A stretch of 54,199 bases of DNA from a virus. Its lineage: Duplodnaviria; Caudoviricetes. A program made the translations under genes and the position numbers. The stretch covers positions 1-54,199 of the IMG/VR virus record IMGVR_UViG_3300032053_000099; one strand, given 5' to 3'. Shown in pieces: positions 17,300-26,847 of the stretch; the first letter of the stretch is position 1, and each line of letters begins with the position of its first letter. Below the pieces are notes generated by a model. It worked only from the letters and a program-made list of their open reading frames with translations, did no database searches and was not told the origin of the DNA.

Positions 17300-19907
17300 A
17301 GCGTGCGAGCGTTGCGGCTTGTACAAGACTTGCAAAAGTCCCTTCATGCCGGTGACGGGTGCCGAGCGCCCCGTATATCTCTTCGTTGGGGAGGGACCCG
17401 GTGCTGACGAAGATACGCTGAATATGGCTTTCGTCGGTGACTCCGGGGAACTGCTCCGAGAAGACATCGAATCTTCTGGTATCCCATTGGACAAGTGCGC
17501 CTTCACGAACAGCGTCCGCTGCCGTCCACCGAATAACGATATCAAGTTCCAGCCTCGCTGCGTAGAGTTCTGCCGTCCTAAGCTGCTGCGAGAGATACAT
17601 GCCCTGAACCCACGAGTGGTCACCCTTCTGGGCAATACGGCTATAGACGCCGTGGGCCATCTTCGTGGAGTCACCAAGCTGAACGGGGAGGTATTCCAGG
17701 CCAACGGTCGGTACTACGTCATCAGTGTTCATCCATCGTATGCCTTGCGTGGCACGCAGGAGGGGGACAACACAAAGAGGGCTATGCTGCGCCAAGCCCT
17801 GTCCAATGTTTCTGGAGTACTGAAGCAAGGCAAGTCGGGGAAGAAGAAGCACTACATTGTTGTCCGGGACAAGCGGACACTGTACGAGGTTGTTGACCAC
17901 CTGAAGAAGCAGAAAGAGCTGGCGACTGATATTGAGTCCTCGTCATTATCTCCGTATGCCATACATGTCAAGCCCGCTGTCGGCTGTGTCGGCTTCTCGT
18001 GGGAACCGTACCATGCTGCTTGTCTTCCAGTACATGCTAGGGTGGGGGAGAAGATACCTGTCCGTTCGGAGGAGATGCTGGAAGCCATCAAGGAGCTTTG
18101 GGAAGACAAGGCCATCAGGTACATCCTCCACTTCGGGAAATTCGACTACCTCTATATGCTTGTGCTGGAAGGAATCCTTCTGGAGAACTACTGGTTCGAC
18201 ACGGGACAGGCTAGCTACGTGCTGGACGAGCGTAAGGGCATCCATGCATTGAAGCATTGGGCGTGGAAGCTGGAGCGTGGTGGGTATGAACTGCCATTGC
18301 GGGACTACCAGCGAGTGCATCCTGAAGAGCACATGAACCTAGTCCCTGGTAGCATACTGTACCCCTACAACATGGAGGACTGCGACGTTACGGGGGTCCT
18401 CAAGGGCGATCTGTTTCCTAAGCTGAAGGAGCAGGGATTGTACGACAGGCCGTTCCGCTTCCCACAGATGTGGAATAACTGGCTTGCGGCCATGCTGGAG
18501 ATCGCTGGCATTCGCATAGACCTGGCGCGCAACGCAGAACTCTTGGAGGAGTTCCCTGAGAAGATACGTGGCCTTGACAAGCAAGTCCGACGCTTCCCCG
18601 CCGTCGCGGAGTACGAGCAACAGCGATATCGAAAGCTGATGGAGGCCGAGTACGAGCGGGTGTCTGCTTATAAGCGGCCTTTGGCTCCGGAGAAGGTGAA
18701 GGCCCGCGTCTTGGAGCTGACGAAGAACCACTTCGAGCCTTGCAAGTTCACTTCGCCGGACGTCGTGCGGGAGATCATATTTGATGTGCTAGGCTATGAG
18801 CCTCTGTGGGCTACGAAGAAGGGGGACAAGCCTAGCGCCGAGCGTGAAGTCCTGGAGAAGCTGGCAGCAAAGCACCCGAAGGACAAGTTCCTGCCTCTGC
18901 TCGTAGAACGGCGATCGTCGTCTTCATCGTTCAGTAAGTATGTGGCGCCGATTCACGGCTGGGTACTTTCGGATGGCCGCAGTCATAGCGACTTCAACCC
19001 CGCCAGCCAGAAAACGGGCCGTGTCAACAGCTCTAAGCCAGACCACGAGAACCTGCCTAAGCGTCAGAAGATAGCGCCGGTGTTACGTAGCCAGTTCGTA
19101 AGCTCTGGTGACGGTTGGTTCTTGTTGGAAGGTGACGAGAAGCAGGGTGAGCTCAGGCTGATGGCCGACCGCTCCCAGGACAAGAATCTTGTCCACGAGT
19201 TCAATTCCGGTATAGATCCGCACCGGATGGCCGCTGCCAAGTGCTACACAGCCATGCTCGGCCGGGAAGTGAAGTATGAAGACGTCACCAAAGACCAGCG
19301 CAATAATGCTAAGAACGCGGTTTCCTTCGGTATCATCTATGGCAGAGGGGATGAGTCTCTGTCCGCGGATTTAGGTCTCACGTTGGTGCAAGGCAAGAAG
19401 CTGCGTGCTGGCTACTTTGAGCACTACCATGGCGTCGCTGCCTATATCGAAGCCGAGACAGAGAGGCTGCCGAAGGTAGGAGTGGCTATCTCCCACTTCA
19501 ATAGGCATAGGCGCTTGCGTCCTGCTATAGATGACGAAAGGCCGGGGGTAAGAAACGAAGCAATCAGAGAGGGTATCAATGCCCCCATCCAGGGGGACTT
19601 GAGTGATGTAGTTTGGACAGCAGGCCACCGCTTGAGGAAGTGGATGCTGAAGTACCACTTCAAGAGTAAGATCGTCATCATCAACCACGACGCCATCATC
19701 GGTGATATATGGCACAAGGAACTCCAGGACGTGATCGAGATGCAGTACAAGTTCATGACCGACCGCGAGTTCCTTCGCAAGATGACCGGCTGGTACTGTT
19801 CTGTTCCCTTTGACGTGGACTTCACTCTGGGCGCGTCCTTGGCAAATCCAGTGGAGCTGGTAGCCAAGAAGCCGGGTGAGTTCATCATACCGCCGCAATT
19901 TAACTAG
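17286..19907 (+). CDS. family A DNA polymerase with N-terminal family-4 UDG-like domain and 3'-5' exonuclease
   Basis: UDG: CxxC, VGEGPG.DED, FVG.SG, TNSVRCRP, HPS. Exo: DIE, KFD, Y..ED. Pol: TGR..S..P..EN, D..Q.ELR, R...K....FG..YG, NAPIQG, HD. Confidence 0.95.
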   Translation: MRVDEACERCGLYKTCKSPFMPVTGAERPVYLFVGEGPGADEDTLNMAFVGDSGELLREDIESSGIPLDKCAFTNSVRCRPPNNDIKFQPRCVEFCRPKLLREIHALNPRVVTLLGNTAIDAVGHLRGVTKLNGEVFQANGRYYVISVHPSYALRGTQEGDNTKRAMLRQALSNVSGVLKQGKSGKKKHYIVVRDKRTLYEVVDHLKKQKELATDIESSSLSPYAIHVKPAVGCVGFSWEPYHAACLPVHARVGEKIPVRSEEMLEAIKELWEDKAIRYILHFGKFDYLYMLVLEGILLENYWFDTGQASYVLDERKGIHALKHWAWKLERGGYELPLRDYQRVHPEEHMNLVPGSILYPYNMEDCDVTGVLKGDLFPKLKEQGLYDRPFRFPQMWNNWLAAMLEIAGIRIDLARNAELLEEFPEKIRGLDKQVRRFPAVAEYEQQRYRKLMEAEYERVSAYKRPLAPEKVKARVLELTKNHFEPCKFTSPDVVREIIFDVLGYEPLWATKKGDKPSAEREVLEKLAAKHPKDKFLPLLVERRSSSSSFSKYVAPIHGWVLSDGRSHSDFNPASQKTGRVNSSKPDHENLPKRQKIAPVLRSQFVSSGDGWFLLEGDEKQGELRLMADRSQDKNLVHEFNSGIDPHRMAAAKCYTAMLGREVKYEDVTKDQRNNAKNAVSFGIIYGRGDESLSADLGLTLVQGKKLRAGYFEHYHGVAAYIEAETERLPKVGVAISHFNRHRRLRPAIDDERPGVRNEAIREGINAPIQGDLSDVVWTAGHRLRKWMLKYHFKSKIVIINHDAIIGDIWHKELQDVIEMQYKFMTDREFLRKMTGWYCSVPFDVDFTLGASLANPVELVAKKPGEFIIPPQFN

Positions 19908-19911
19908 GACG

Positions 19912-19921
19912 GCGTTTCATA
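19912..19921 (+). promoter_or_regulatory. recurrent intergenic motif GCGTTTHATW (candidate phage promoter element)
   Basis: Copies at 14168, 19912, 43370, 49177, 49825 and 51589, all at gene boundaries. Confidence 0.55.
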
Positions 19922-19933
19922 TAACGGAATGCA

Positions 19934-20371
19934 ATGCTAGACTCTATCCCAATCGTAGTCAGGCTTGACGCCAAGAGGGTGCATACAGCAGACCTCTTGA
20001 GAGAGCTTCGTGTCGATAAGTTCCACTTGGAGCGTGAGATATTGGAACAGGCCGGGAAGTACGCCTGGTGGGCCACCCTGTATTCCGAGGTCGAGGCCAA
20101 GTGCGAGCTACTCCGAGAGAAGCTGGAGGGCCTGGAGGCCAGGCTGGCACACAACTTCGTTGAGGGGAGTGAGGCAAAGCATCGTGTCACGGATGTCAAA
20201 TACTACGTCCGTCAGAACGGCAAGTACGCCACGCTCAGGCGTCGCCTTCGCCATTGGGAGAATGCGCTAAGGACCTTGAAGTATGCCGAGAAGGCTTGGA
20301 TGCAGCGGGCCGGGCTGCTACAGACATATTCCGCCAATCAGCGGCAGGACAAGAAGGGAGAGACAGAATGA
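19934..20371 (+). CDS. UvsY-like recombination mediator (helical)
   Basis: 145 aa coiled-coil with Y.WW.TL and a Q+..LLQ end; adjacent to SSB and RecA. Confidence 0.55.
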   Translation: MLDSIPIVVRLDAKRVHTADLLRELRVDKFHLEREILEQAGKYAWWATLYSEVEAKCELLREKLEGLEARLAHNFVEGSEAKHRVTDVKYYVRQNGKYATLRRRLRHWENALRTLKYAEKAWMQRAGLLQTYSANQRQDKKGETE

Positions 20372-20545
20372 TCCCCGAAGTCATTGTAACTTGCCCCATC
20401 CACGGTTTCAGGTACATCAGTCAGCGCAGTTGCCCTCTATGCAATAACAGGCCCCTTGCTGATTGGTGGATGAAGGGGCAATTCATACAGAAGAGTGCGC
20501 TGGCCGCATCGGTATCCCCCAGCGTGGGGAAGGAGAGTAAGAGCC

Positions 20546-21664
20546 ATGACGATGACGGCGAGTCAAGTACGAGAGCTCCGGGAGAAGAACATCAAGGACC
20601 GTAAGCGTAAGGGCGGCGGTGATTGGCTACAAGTCCAGGAGGGTGCCATCTGGGTGCGGTTTGGCCCACCCTGGCATAAGGGTGGGGAGGTCTGGAAGGA
20701 TCGTTTCTTCCATGGCCGGTATCCTAACAAGATCTACTGTGGCCGGAACGACGTCGATGAAGCAACCGGCAAGCGCCGGGCCTGCAAGATATGCAAGCGT
20801 GTGAAGGCTTTGGAAGGTTCCAAGGACGCCTTCTCCAAGGCGCTTTGGGGCCTGCTGAAGCAGAAGCGCGATCATATCTGGAACGTGGCAGTAGCCAAGA
20901 CCAAGGAAGTGAACGGCAGAACGAAGGTCATCGGTCTGAAGACAGGTAAGTTCCAGATATGGTCCCTGGCTGCGCAGTGGCACGACGCGCTGCTCGATAT
21001 CTTCGCTGACGAGGATTACCGGGAAGCCTCCATCTTGGGCGTTGTTGACACCCGCCATGGTCGCTTCATCCGGGTCACGCGTACCGGGACGGACATCGAC
21101 ACCGAGTACACATTCAAGGCTGCTAAGGACGAGTCGCTTCTGGCTGGTACCAAGGAGGAGAGGCTTGCCATACTCAAGACCTTGAACGACTTGGACACCA
21201 TCGTTTCGGGTTCCAGTAGGGAGGAGATGGACGCCTTCCTGCAAGCGGCCGAGAAGGAAGCACGTAAGAAGTCCAAGGCAGCAAAGAAGTCCAGGGATGA
21301 GGACGAGTCCGAGGAAGAGGAAGAGGAGGAAGAAACCGAGGACGAGGAGGAGGAGGAAGAGGAAGAAGCCCCCAAGAAGAAGAAAAAGGCCAAGGACGAA
21401 GATGAAGAGGAAGAAGAGGACGAGGGCGAAGACTCTGACGACGCCGATTCCGACGAAGAGGAGGAAGAAGAGGAAGCCCCCAAGAAGAAGAAAAAGGCCA
21501 AGGACGACGACGACGAGGAAGAGGCCGAAGACGAAGAGGAGGATGACGATGACTCGGAAGACGAAGCTGATAAGACCTTCCGGGAGATGAAGCGTTCCCT
21601 CCACAAGAAAAAGAAGAAAGCCAAGGCCACTTCGGACGACGATGACCAAGACGAACCCTTCTAA
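20546..21664 (+). CDS. gp32-like single-stranded DNA-binding protein with long D/E-K block tail
   Basis: VRF.PP, H...C...C.IC, I.VTR.GT..DTEY, acidic tail ending DEPF; lies between UvsY-like and RecA. Confidence 0.7.
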   Translation: MTMTASQVRELREKNIKDRKRKGGGDWLQVQEGAIWVRFGPPWHKGGEVWKDRFFHGRYPNKIYCGRNDVDEATGKRRACKICKRVKALEGSKDAFSKALWGLLKQKRDHIWNVAVAKTKEVNGRTKVIGLKTGKFQIWSLAAQWHDALLDIFADEDYREASILGVVDTRHGRFIRVTRTGTDIDTEYTFKAAKDESLLAGTKEERLAILKTLNDLDTIVSGSSREEMDAFLQAAEKEARKKSKAAKKSRDEDESEEEEEEEETEDEEEEEEEEAPKKKKKAKDEDEEEEEDEGEDSDDADSDEEEEEEEAPKKKKKAKDDDDEEEAEDEEEDDDDSEDEADKTFREMKRSLHKKKKKAKATSDDDDQDEPF

Positions 21665-21842
21665 TCAGATAGCCTTTCGTATCCGGCTTCTGAGTGAGCT
21701 GGCAAGCTTCATGACGCCAACGGACCTGGAGACCTTCCGTGGCCTGTGTGATAAAGCTACGGAGGGCTCCTTGTCTGAAGGCGATGTGGAGGCCCTGAGG
21801 GTTCTCTACAGCAAGTTTGAATACAAGCCAAGGAACATATGA
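21642..21842 (+). CDS. small hypothetical protein
   Basis: 66 aa, overlapping both neighbours. Confidence 0.5.
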   Translation: MTKTNPSNQIAFRIRLLSELASFMTPTDLETFRGLCDKATEGSLSEGDVEALRVLYSKFEYKPRNI

Positions 21843-22903
21843 TCATCCGATTCCCAAGAGTGCCCCCTAGCATCAGCGCCAGTTCTATAGCGAAGATAGT
21901 TGGCCGGGTGTCTCGTAGCTTTGGCAAACGCCATAAGCCCACCGCCGACAGTGGGGAAGTAGTAACGACGTTGGGTCATTCCATATTTGCTATCCCCCGC
22001 GAGTACATCCGTACTGGCATCACGCCTTTGGACTGCATCATCAGTGGCGGTAGAGGGTTCCCGACTGGTATCATAGAGATATATGGACCGGAAGGCTCCG
22101 GGAAGTCTGCTGTCATGGAGATGACGCTTGCCTCGGCGCAACGGCAGGGCTATTTCGCTGGTATGTTCCAGATGGAGTACGCCCTAGAGATGCAGCGGGC
22201 TAGGACCGTTGGCTTGGACGAGGAGTCGCTACTGTTGTTCGACGGAGCAGAGACGATCGAAGATGTTTACGACTGCATCCGTACATCAGTAGCTGCCATC
22301 CGTGACGAGGATGAGAGTACACCCATCGTATTCGGTTGGGATACAATAGCATCCACGCCGACTCGTGTAGAATTGGAAGCTAAGAAGGGCTTGGAATCTG
22401 GTGGCATGGGCCAGGGAGCGCGTATGATGTCCAGCCTGTTCCGTAAACTCTGTCGCTTCCTGTTCAAGAACAAGGTGTGCCTCATCTGTGTCAACCAGAC
22501 ACGGATGTCTTTCGGTGGCTACCATCCAACTGAGGTTACATATGGCGGGAAGGCATTGCGGTATTACGCTTGGGTTCGCTGTCGGATCAAGTACAAAGAC
22601 GCAATCGTATCTGGGGACCAGAACGTGGGCATGATGAGCGAGCTCAAGGTCTACAAGAACAAGGTGTTCCCGCCGTTGCGAACGTGCCGTATACCCATAT
22701 TCTGGAGCCACGGGATCGACAACGCCAGAGCGACTTGGGAGTACTCCTTGGATCATGGCCTTATAGAGCGCCGAGGAACGAGCTATCGGTGCCTGGGTGT
22801 GCCTGTCACCCGGAAGACGTTCCCCAGGTTCTACATAACAAATCGTAGGGAGCTGAACTCCAGGCTGGCGCGGCTGTCACGGAAGGAGGGTATCGAGCCA
22901 TGA
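21839..22903 (+). CDS. recA: RecA/UvsX recombinase
   Basis: TG...LD, EIYGPEGSGKS, E.AL, WDTIA, AR.MS, NQ.R, GGKAL.YYA, KNKV.PP. Confidence 0.95.
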   Translation: MIIRFPRVPPSISASSIAKIVGRVSRSFGKRHKPTADSGEVVTTLGHSIFAIPREYIRTGITPLDCIISGGRGFPTGIIEIYGPEGSGKSAVMEMTLASAQRQGYFAGMFQMEYALEMQRARTVGLDEESLLLFDGAETIEDVYDCIRTSVAAIRDEDESTPIVFGWDTIASTPTRVELEAKKGLESGGMGQGARMMSSLFRKLCRFLFKNKVCLICVNQTRMSFGGYHPTEVTYGGKALRYYAWVRCRIKYKDAIVSGDQNVGMMSELKVYKNKVFPPLRTCRIPIFWSHGIDNARATWEYSLDHGLIERRGTSYRCLGVPVTRKTFPRFYITNRRELNSRLARLSRKEGIEP

Positions 22904-23847
22904 AGACACTCATCCTGGACGGCCATAATGCCTGGTATCGGCTCTGGAAGGTGATGCCGCACTTGAGCACTGATGGCCAGAGGGTGGAACTCATCTACGG
23001 ATTTCTGCGCCTTCTCCGTTCTTTACTGGAGAAGTTTGAGCCTGATAGGGCTATCGTATGTTGGGATGGTGGGGCGTCTCGGATCCGGCTTGAGTTGTTC
23101 CCAGGTTATAAGGGCGCACGGCGGGAACGTAGAGAGCATCAGACTCCTGGGGAACAGCAGAGCTTCCGGGACATGATTGTTCAGTGGACTTCTGTGCAGG
23201 CCGTGCTGGATAGACTTAGTATAGGACAGGCTATGGTAAAGGGCGTTGAAGCCGATGATCTGGTTGCCATGGCTTGTCGTGTACTACCGGGAGGAAAGGT
23301 CATAATATCTGCGGACAAGGACCTCCTGCAACTGATATCCGGGGACGTCTGTGTCTATGCGCCTCACACATCGTTCCACCCGGCGACCTTGTACACTGCC
23401 CAGAACTTCTACCGGCTCTTGGGATTGACACCAAAGCAGTATCTGGAAATGCGCCTGTTGGTGGGCGATAAGAGCGACAATATCCCAGGAGTGGCAAAAG
23501 GCTTCGGTGACGTGACGGCGAAGGAGCTGTTGAACAAATACGGCTCACTCAGCGTACTGCTGGAAGACAGGGTCCGCAAGCGTATCTTAGGCAAGGGAGG
23601 CCGCGTTGCTCTACTGTACTCAAACCCAACCTTGCGGAAGCAGCTAGAACTCAACCGTCAACTCATGGACTTGTCGCTGATGCGTAGCGAAACTGCTGGG
23701 GCAATCATAGAGCAAGCCCATGAGCCTCATAAGATGGACAAGCAGTCTCTGCTTTCATACTTCCACAAGATGTCTTTCGAGTCGCTTGTGAAGGACTTTG
23801 CGTTGTGGGTGCTTCCATTTGAGAACCTGGGAGGCAAAGCAACATGA
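22900..23847 (+). CDS. 5'-3' exonuclease / flap endonuclease (PolI N-terminal / T4 RNase H-like)
   Basis: LILDGHN, WDGG..R....P.YK, EADD, SADKDL.QL, GDKSDNIPGV. Confidence 0.95.
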   Translation: MKTLILDGHNAWYRLWKVMPHLSTDGQRVELIYGFLRLLRSLLEKFEPDRAIVCWDGGASRIRLELFPGYKGARRERREHQTPGEQQSFRDMIVQWTSVQAVLDRLSIGQAMVKGVEADDLVAMACRVLPGGKVIISADKDLLQLISGDVCVYAPHTSFHPATLYTAQNFYRLLGLTPKQYLEMRLLVGDKSDNIPGVAKGFGDVTAKELLNKYGSLSVLLEDRVRKRILGKGGRVALLYSNPTLRKQLELNRQLMDLSLMRSETAGAIIEQAHEPHKMDKQSLLSYFHKMSFESLVKDFALWVLPFENLGGKAT

Positions 23848-24224
23848 AGCGTTTTCCAAGGACCTTGCGGCGATACCCAAGAGGGCTAGTCTTAGGAGTC
23901 TATGGTGATTGGCGGCGATACCCTCGTCTGCTTCGCCATCCTAGGTTATCTAGTAAGCAAAGTATAACGTATTGCCCATGTGGACGCCCGAGCAACTTGA
24001 TCATGCAGTACATGCAGCCCCGTGACAAGCGTGGCCGGGTCATGATTGGTGCTGGCTATCTCCCTATGGGCTTCTGTTGTGAGGCTTGTAGGGACTGCCA
24101 ACTATTCCACGATAGACTGGAAGTGACGGCACGTGTTCTTGCTTGGAACAAGACAGGCAGTGCATCCCTGTATGGCGAGAGGGTGACAGAGCCTGAAGTA
24201 CATTTCCGTAGAAAGGTGGTCTGA
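23844..24224 (+). CDS. protein with four tandem R[FYH]PR motifs and Cys pairs
   Basis: MKRFPRTLRRYPRG...RRYPRLLRHPRL, CPCG, CCEAC. Confidence 0.7.
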   Translation: MKRFPRTLRRYPRGLVLGVYGDWRRYPRLLRHPRLSSKQSITYCPCGRPSNLIMQYMQPRDKRGRVMIGAGYLPMGFCCEACRDCQLFHDRLEVTARVLAWNKTGSASLYGERVTEPEVHFRRKVV

Positions 24225-24700
24225 TGCAGCATCAGAGATTCTGGCGGCGGCGTGATGACTACCAGTCGCTTCTACGCGAGGCCAGACAGCTATTTCCCAA
24301 CCTACTGAAGCATGTCAAGCCCGAGCGTGTTCTACTGGTCTCATTCACTGGTCGGAAGTGTAGGTTCATCGCTAGGGTGCGTGCTAACAAGAACCCCTGG
24401 CGTCTAGCCCTACCGCAGTACGACTATGCCATAGAGTTCTGGGCAACGCAATTCGATGAAACCAGCCATGCCTATAAGGTGTTCGTTGTAGTCCACGAAC
24501 TGCTGCACATCCCTAGAGGCGGATTCCTATCAGGTGGCCCATCACACTTGAGGCTGCTGGATCACGACATACAAGACTTCCTATTTCTGCGCAGTCTGTA
24601 TGGGCTTCACCTGGAAGGCGTGGATGACGTGCTGAAGGGGGAGAAGGCTCTGCTCAAGAAAGGGCCGAGGAGATTTCCTAGGCAGTTCATCATAAAGTAG
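24224..24700 (+). CDS. putative phage metallopeptidase
   Basis: Y.IEF...F.......VVHELLHI.....L.DHDIQDF. Confidence 0.7.
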   Translation: MQHQRFWRRRDDYQSLLREARQLFPNLLKHVKPERVLLVSFTGRKCRFIARVRANKNPWRLALPQYDYAIEFWATQFDETSHAYKVFVVVHELLHIPRGGFLSGGPSHLRLLDHDIQDFLFLRSLYGLHLEGVDDVLKGEKALLKKGPRRFPRQFIIK

Positions 24701-24712
24701 GAGGAACTGATC

Positions 24713-25489
24713 ATGGCAAGCGAGAGGGGAACGTGCGATAAGTGCCAAGAAGAATCAATCACTGCAGAGGGCAAACTCGTAATTCATCATCGGCTGAAGG
24801 GGCTGAAGGTTTTCATTCGCCTCTGCCCACTCCATGACTCCGCTGAGCGCATCGCGGAGCTGGAACGGCAGTTGGAGCAAGCCACTATCGCTGTAGACCA
24901 AGCGTCCGACACACTGTTTAAGAAAGATGCGCTGATCGCCAACATTACGAAGTCTCTTCCAACCATTGACATGTACCTAGCTACTGAAAAGCTCGAACCC
25001 TCGCCCTGCGGCGTCAAGGGCCATTGCAAGGTGGATTGGACGGAGAGGCGGAATAGTGAGAGACGCATAAACAACCACTGTTGCAACGGGGGCACAATTC
25101 ATTGCCTTGAGCTTCATCCAAGTCGGGTTGGATGCCGACGCAATTTCCCGCGCCGCATCACCAATCTCGGCGGCTACTGCAGGAGATGTAAAGAAATCAA
25201 TAGGGCCTGTGCAGAAGCAGAACTATCCGAAGCGGAAAGGCAAGGAGAGAGAATCGAGAAGGCCGTCACCGAAGCCCTCGAAGCGGCCGGGCAGTATATT
25301 CCCGGCGATCTTCGTGCCCTGGGTTGGTCTGTTGCTACTCATAACGACTATCGGCAAGACGGTAAGTTCCACACCTTCTGGTTGCTCACCAAGAGTGGCC
25401 AGTGTGTAAAGGGCGAGGGTGAAAGCGATGCGGAAGCATTGAATCAGATTCGGGTCGCCATTCGCGGGAAGGCGGTGAAAAGTGGCTAG
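24713..25489 (+). CDS. mosaic hypothetical protein
   Basis: AGGAGG SD, 258 aa, several Cys/His clusters. Confidence 0.7.
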   Translation: MASERGTCDKCQEESITAEGKLVIHHRLKGLKVFIRLCPLHDSAERIAELERQLEQATIAVDQASDTLFKKDALIANITKSLPTIDMYLATEKLEPSPCGVKGHCKVDWTERRNSERRINNHCCNGGTIHCLELHPSRVGCRRNFPRRITNLGGYCRRCKEINRACAEAELSEAERQGERIEKAVTEALEAAGQYIPGDLRALGWSVATHNDYRQDGKFHTFWLLTKSGQCVKGEGESDAEALNQIRVAIRGKAVKSG

Positions 25490-25736
25490 AAGGGGAGCAC
25501 AACTTGGGCCTGAGCCGAACTGCCCTCGGTGTGGTGGGCTACATTTCGGCACTGTCGTGTGTCCCTATTTGGACAGGGCCGTGTGTGTCTCTTGCGGACA
25601 GATTATAGAAGCGGAAACCGGTAGTGACTTTAGCGTGTATCTCAACCGGCGCTTTGATGAGTTGGGGCGCGTTCACCATAACGTTTGCAAAGAAACCACG
25701 GCAGCCGCCATTCTCGGGAAGGGTGTGAAGGGATGA
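25482..25736 (+). CDS. small Zn-ribbon protein
   Basis: CPRC..H...C, CVSC. Confidence 0.55.
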   Translation: MARRGAQLGPEPNCPRCGGLHFGTVVCPYLDRAVCVSCGQIIEAETGSDFSVYLNRRFDELGRVHHNVCKETTAAAILGKGVKG

Positions 25737-25991
25737 GCGGCCTGATTCTTACACTGGCGATTGTAGCGATATACTTCAGCATCTTTCGCTACAAGCTGGA
25801 ACGTCGCAATGATAGGACCATCGAGTTGCTGAAGAAGGAGAAACCATGAGCGAACCCGACGTAGTTTACTCTATAATAGAAAACATTACGGGCGGTCCTC
25901 TCATCATCTTCTTTCTTGCGCCGCTGATGGGTTATTGCCTAGAGTGGTGGGATGTCTTGCTAGAGAAACATTTTCCAACGGAGGTGAAGAA

Positions 25992-26300
25992 ATGCTAACC
26001 AGACGAGGAGCAGTTGCGTTGCTGGCGGTTGTCGCCGGTATTGCATCAAAGCTGACCGCTTCACAGGTACTCGCTACTTTCAAGGGCGTTGTCACCAAGA
26101 AGAAAGAAGCCGCGTACCAAGCATGTCTTGCCAAACACGAGAAACAGAATACCGTCGCTTTCGGATGTATGCCACCCGACCTCGACGCGCCTTTCTGGTG
26201 CGAGATCAACGCCGATAACTGGGGCGGCATTCGCATCGTCTCCGGCAAGGAAACCATTGAGATCACAATGGCGGAAGTGATGGAGGCGCTGAAACTGTAG
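25992..26300 (+). CDS. hypothetical protein with twin-arginine-like signal
   Basis: GGAGG SD; MLTRRGAVALLAVVAG. Confidence 0.55.
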   Translation: MLTRRGAVALLAVVAGIASKLTASQVLATFKGVVTKKKEAAYQACLAKHEKQNTVAFGCMPPDLDAPFWCEINADNWGGIRIVSGKETIEITMAEVMEALKL

Positions 26301-26325
26301 TTCATCCTGGAGTGAAAGGAGCACC

Positions 26326-26601
26326 ATGAAAGAAGAGTCGGGGTGTACAACAAGAGAATCACAGGTCCAACAAGCACTCGCGGCCCTCGAACGAGTTATA
26401 GGAGACTTGAAAACCAGGCCAGAACTTCTAGGCGGGCGACTGATGCGCATTTTGCGGATAGAACCTCCGTCCGCACTTGACACACCCCCGCTCGAAGTCC
26501 GCGGCCTTGCACCGCTGGCCGCTTCGCTACAAGCATTCGCAATGGACCTACGGGTCGTTGACGATGCGCTTGTATCGCTCATCAGCAGGTGCGAAGTCTG
26601 A
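26326..26601 (+). CDS. hypothetical helical protein
   Basis: AAGGAG SD, 91 aa. Confidence 0.6.
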   Translation: MKEESGCTTRESQVQQALAALERVIGDLKTRPELLGGRLMRILRIEPPSALDTPPLEVRGLAPLAASLQAFAMDLRVVDDALVSLISRCEV

Positions 26602-26847
26602 AGAACGCATTGGCGCGACTCAATCGCAAGGAAGGAGGGATGTGGAATGGGTCAAAGACATAATTCTAGCAAGGGCATCGTTTCAGTTGGCTTCGTGATA
26701 GCCGTCATCTGTTCGTGGACAAGAAACGCATCTGTTCTCTATGCGTTCCTTCATGGCCTTTGTAATTGGGGCTACGTGATCTACTTTGCCCTAACGAGGT
26801 AGGCACCGTCGCCGGCGCGCTGCCCGAGGCGCTGCCGGTGCAATCAT

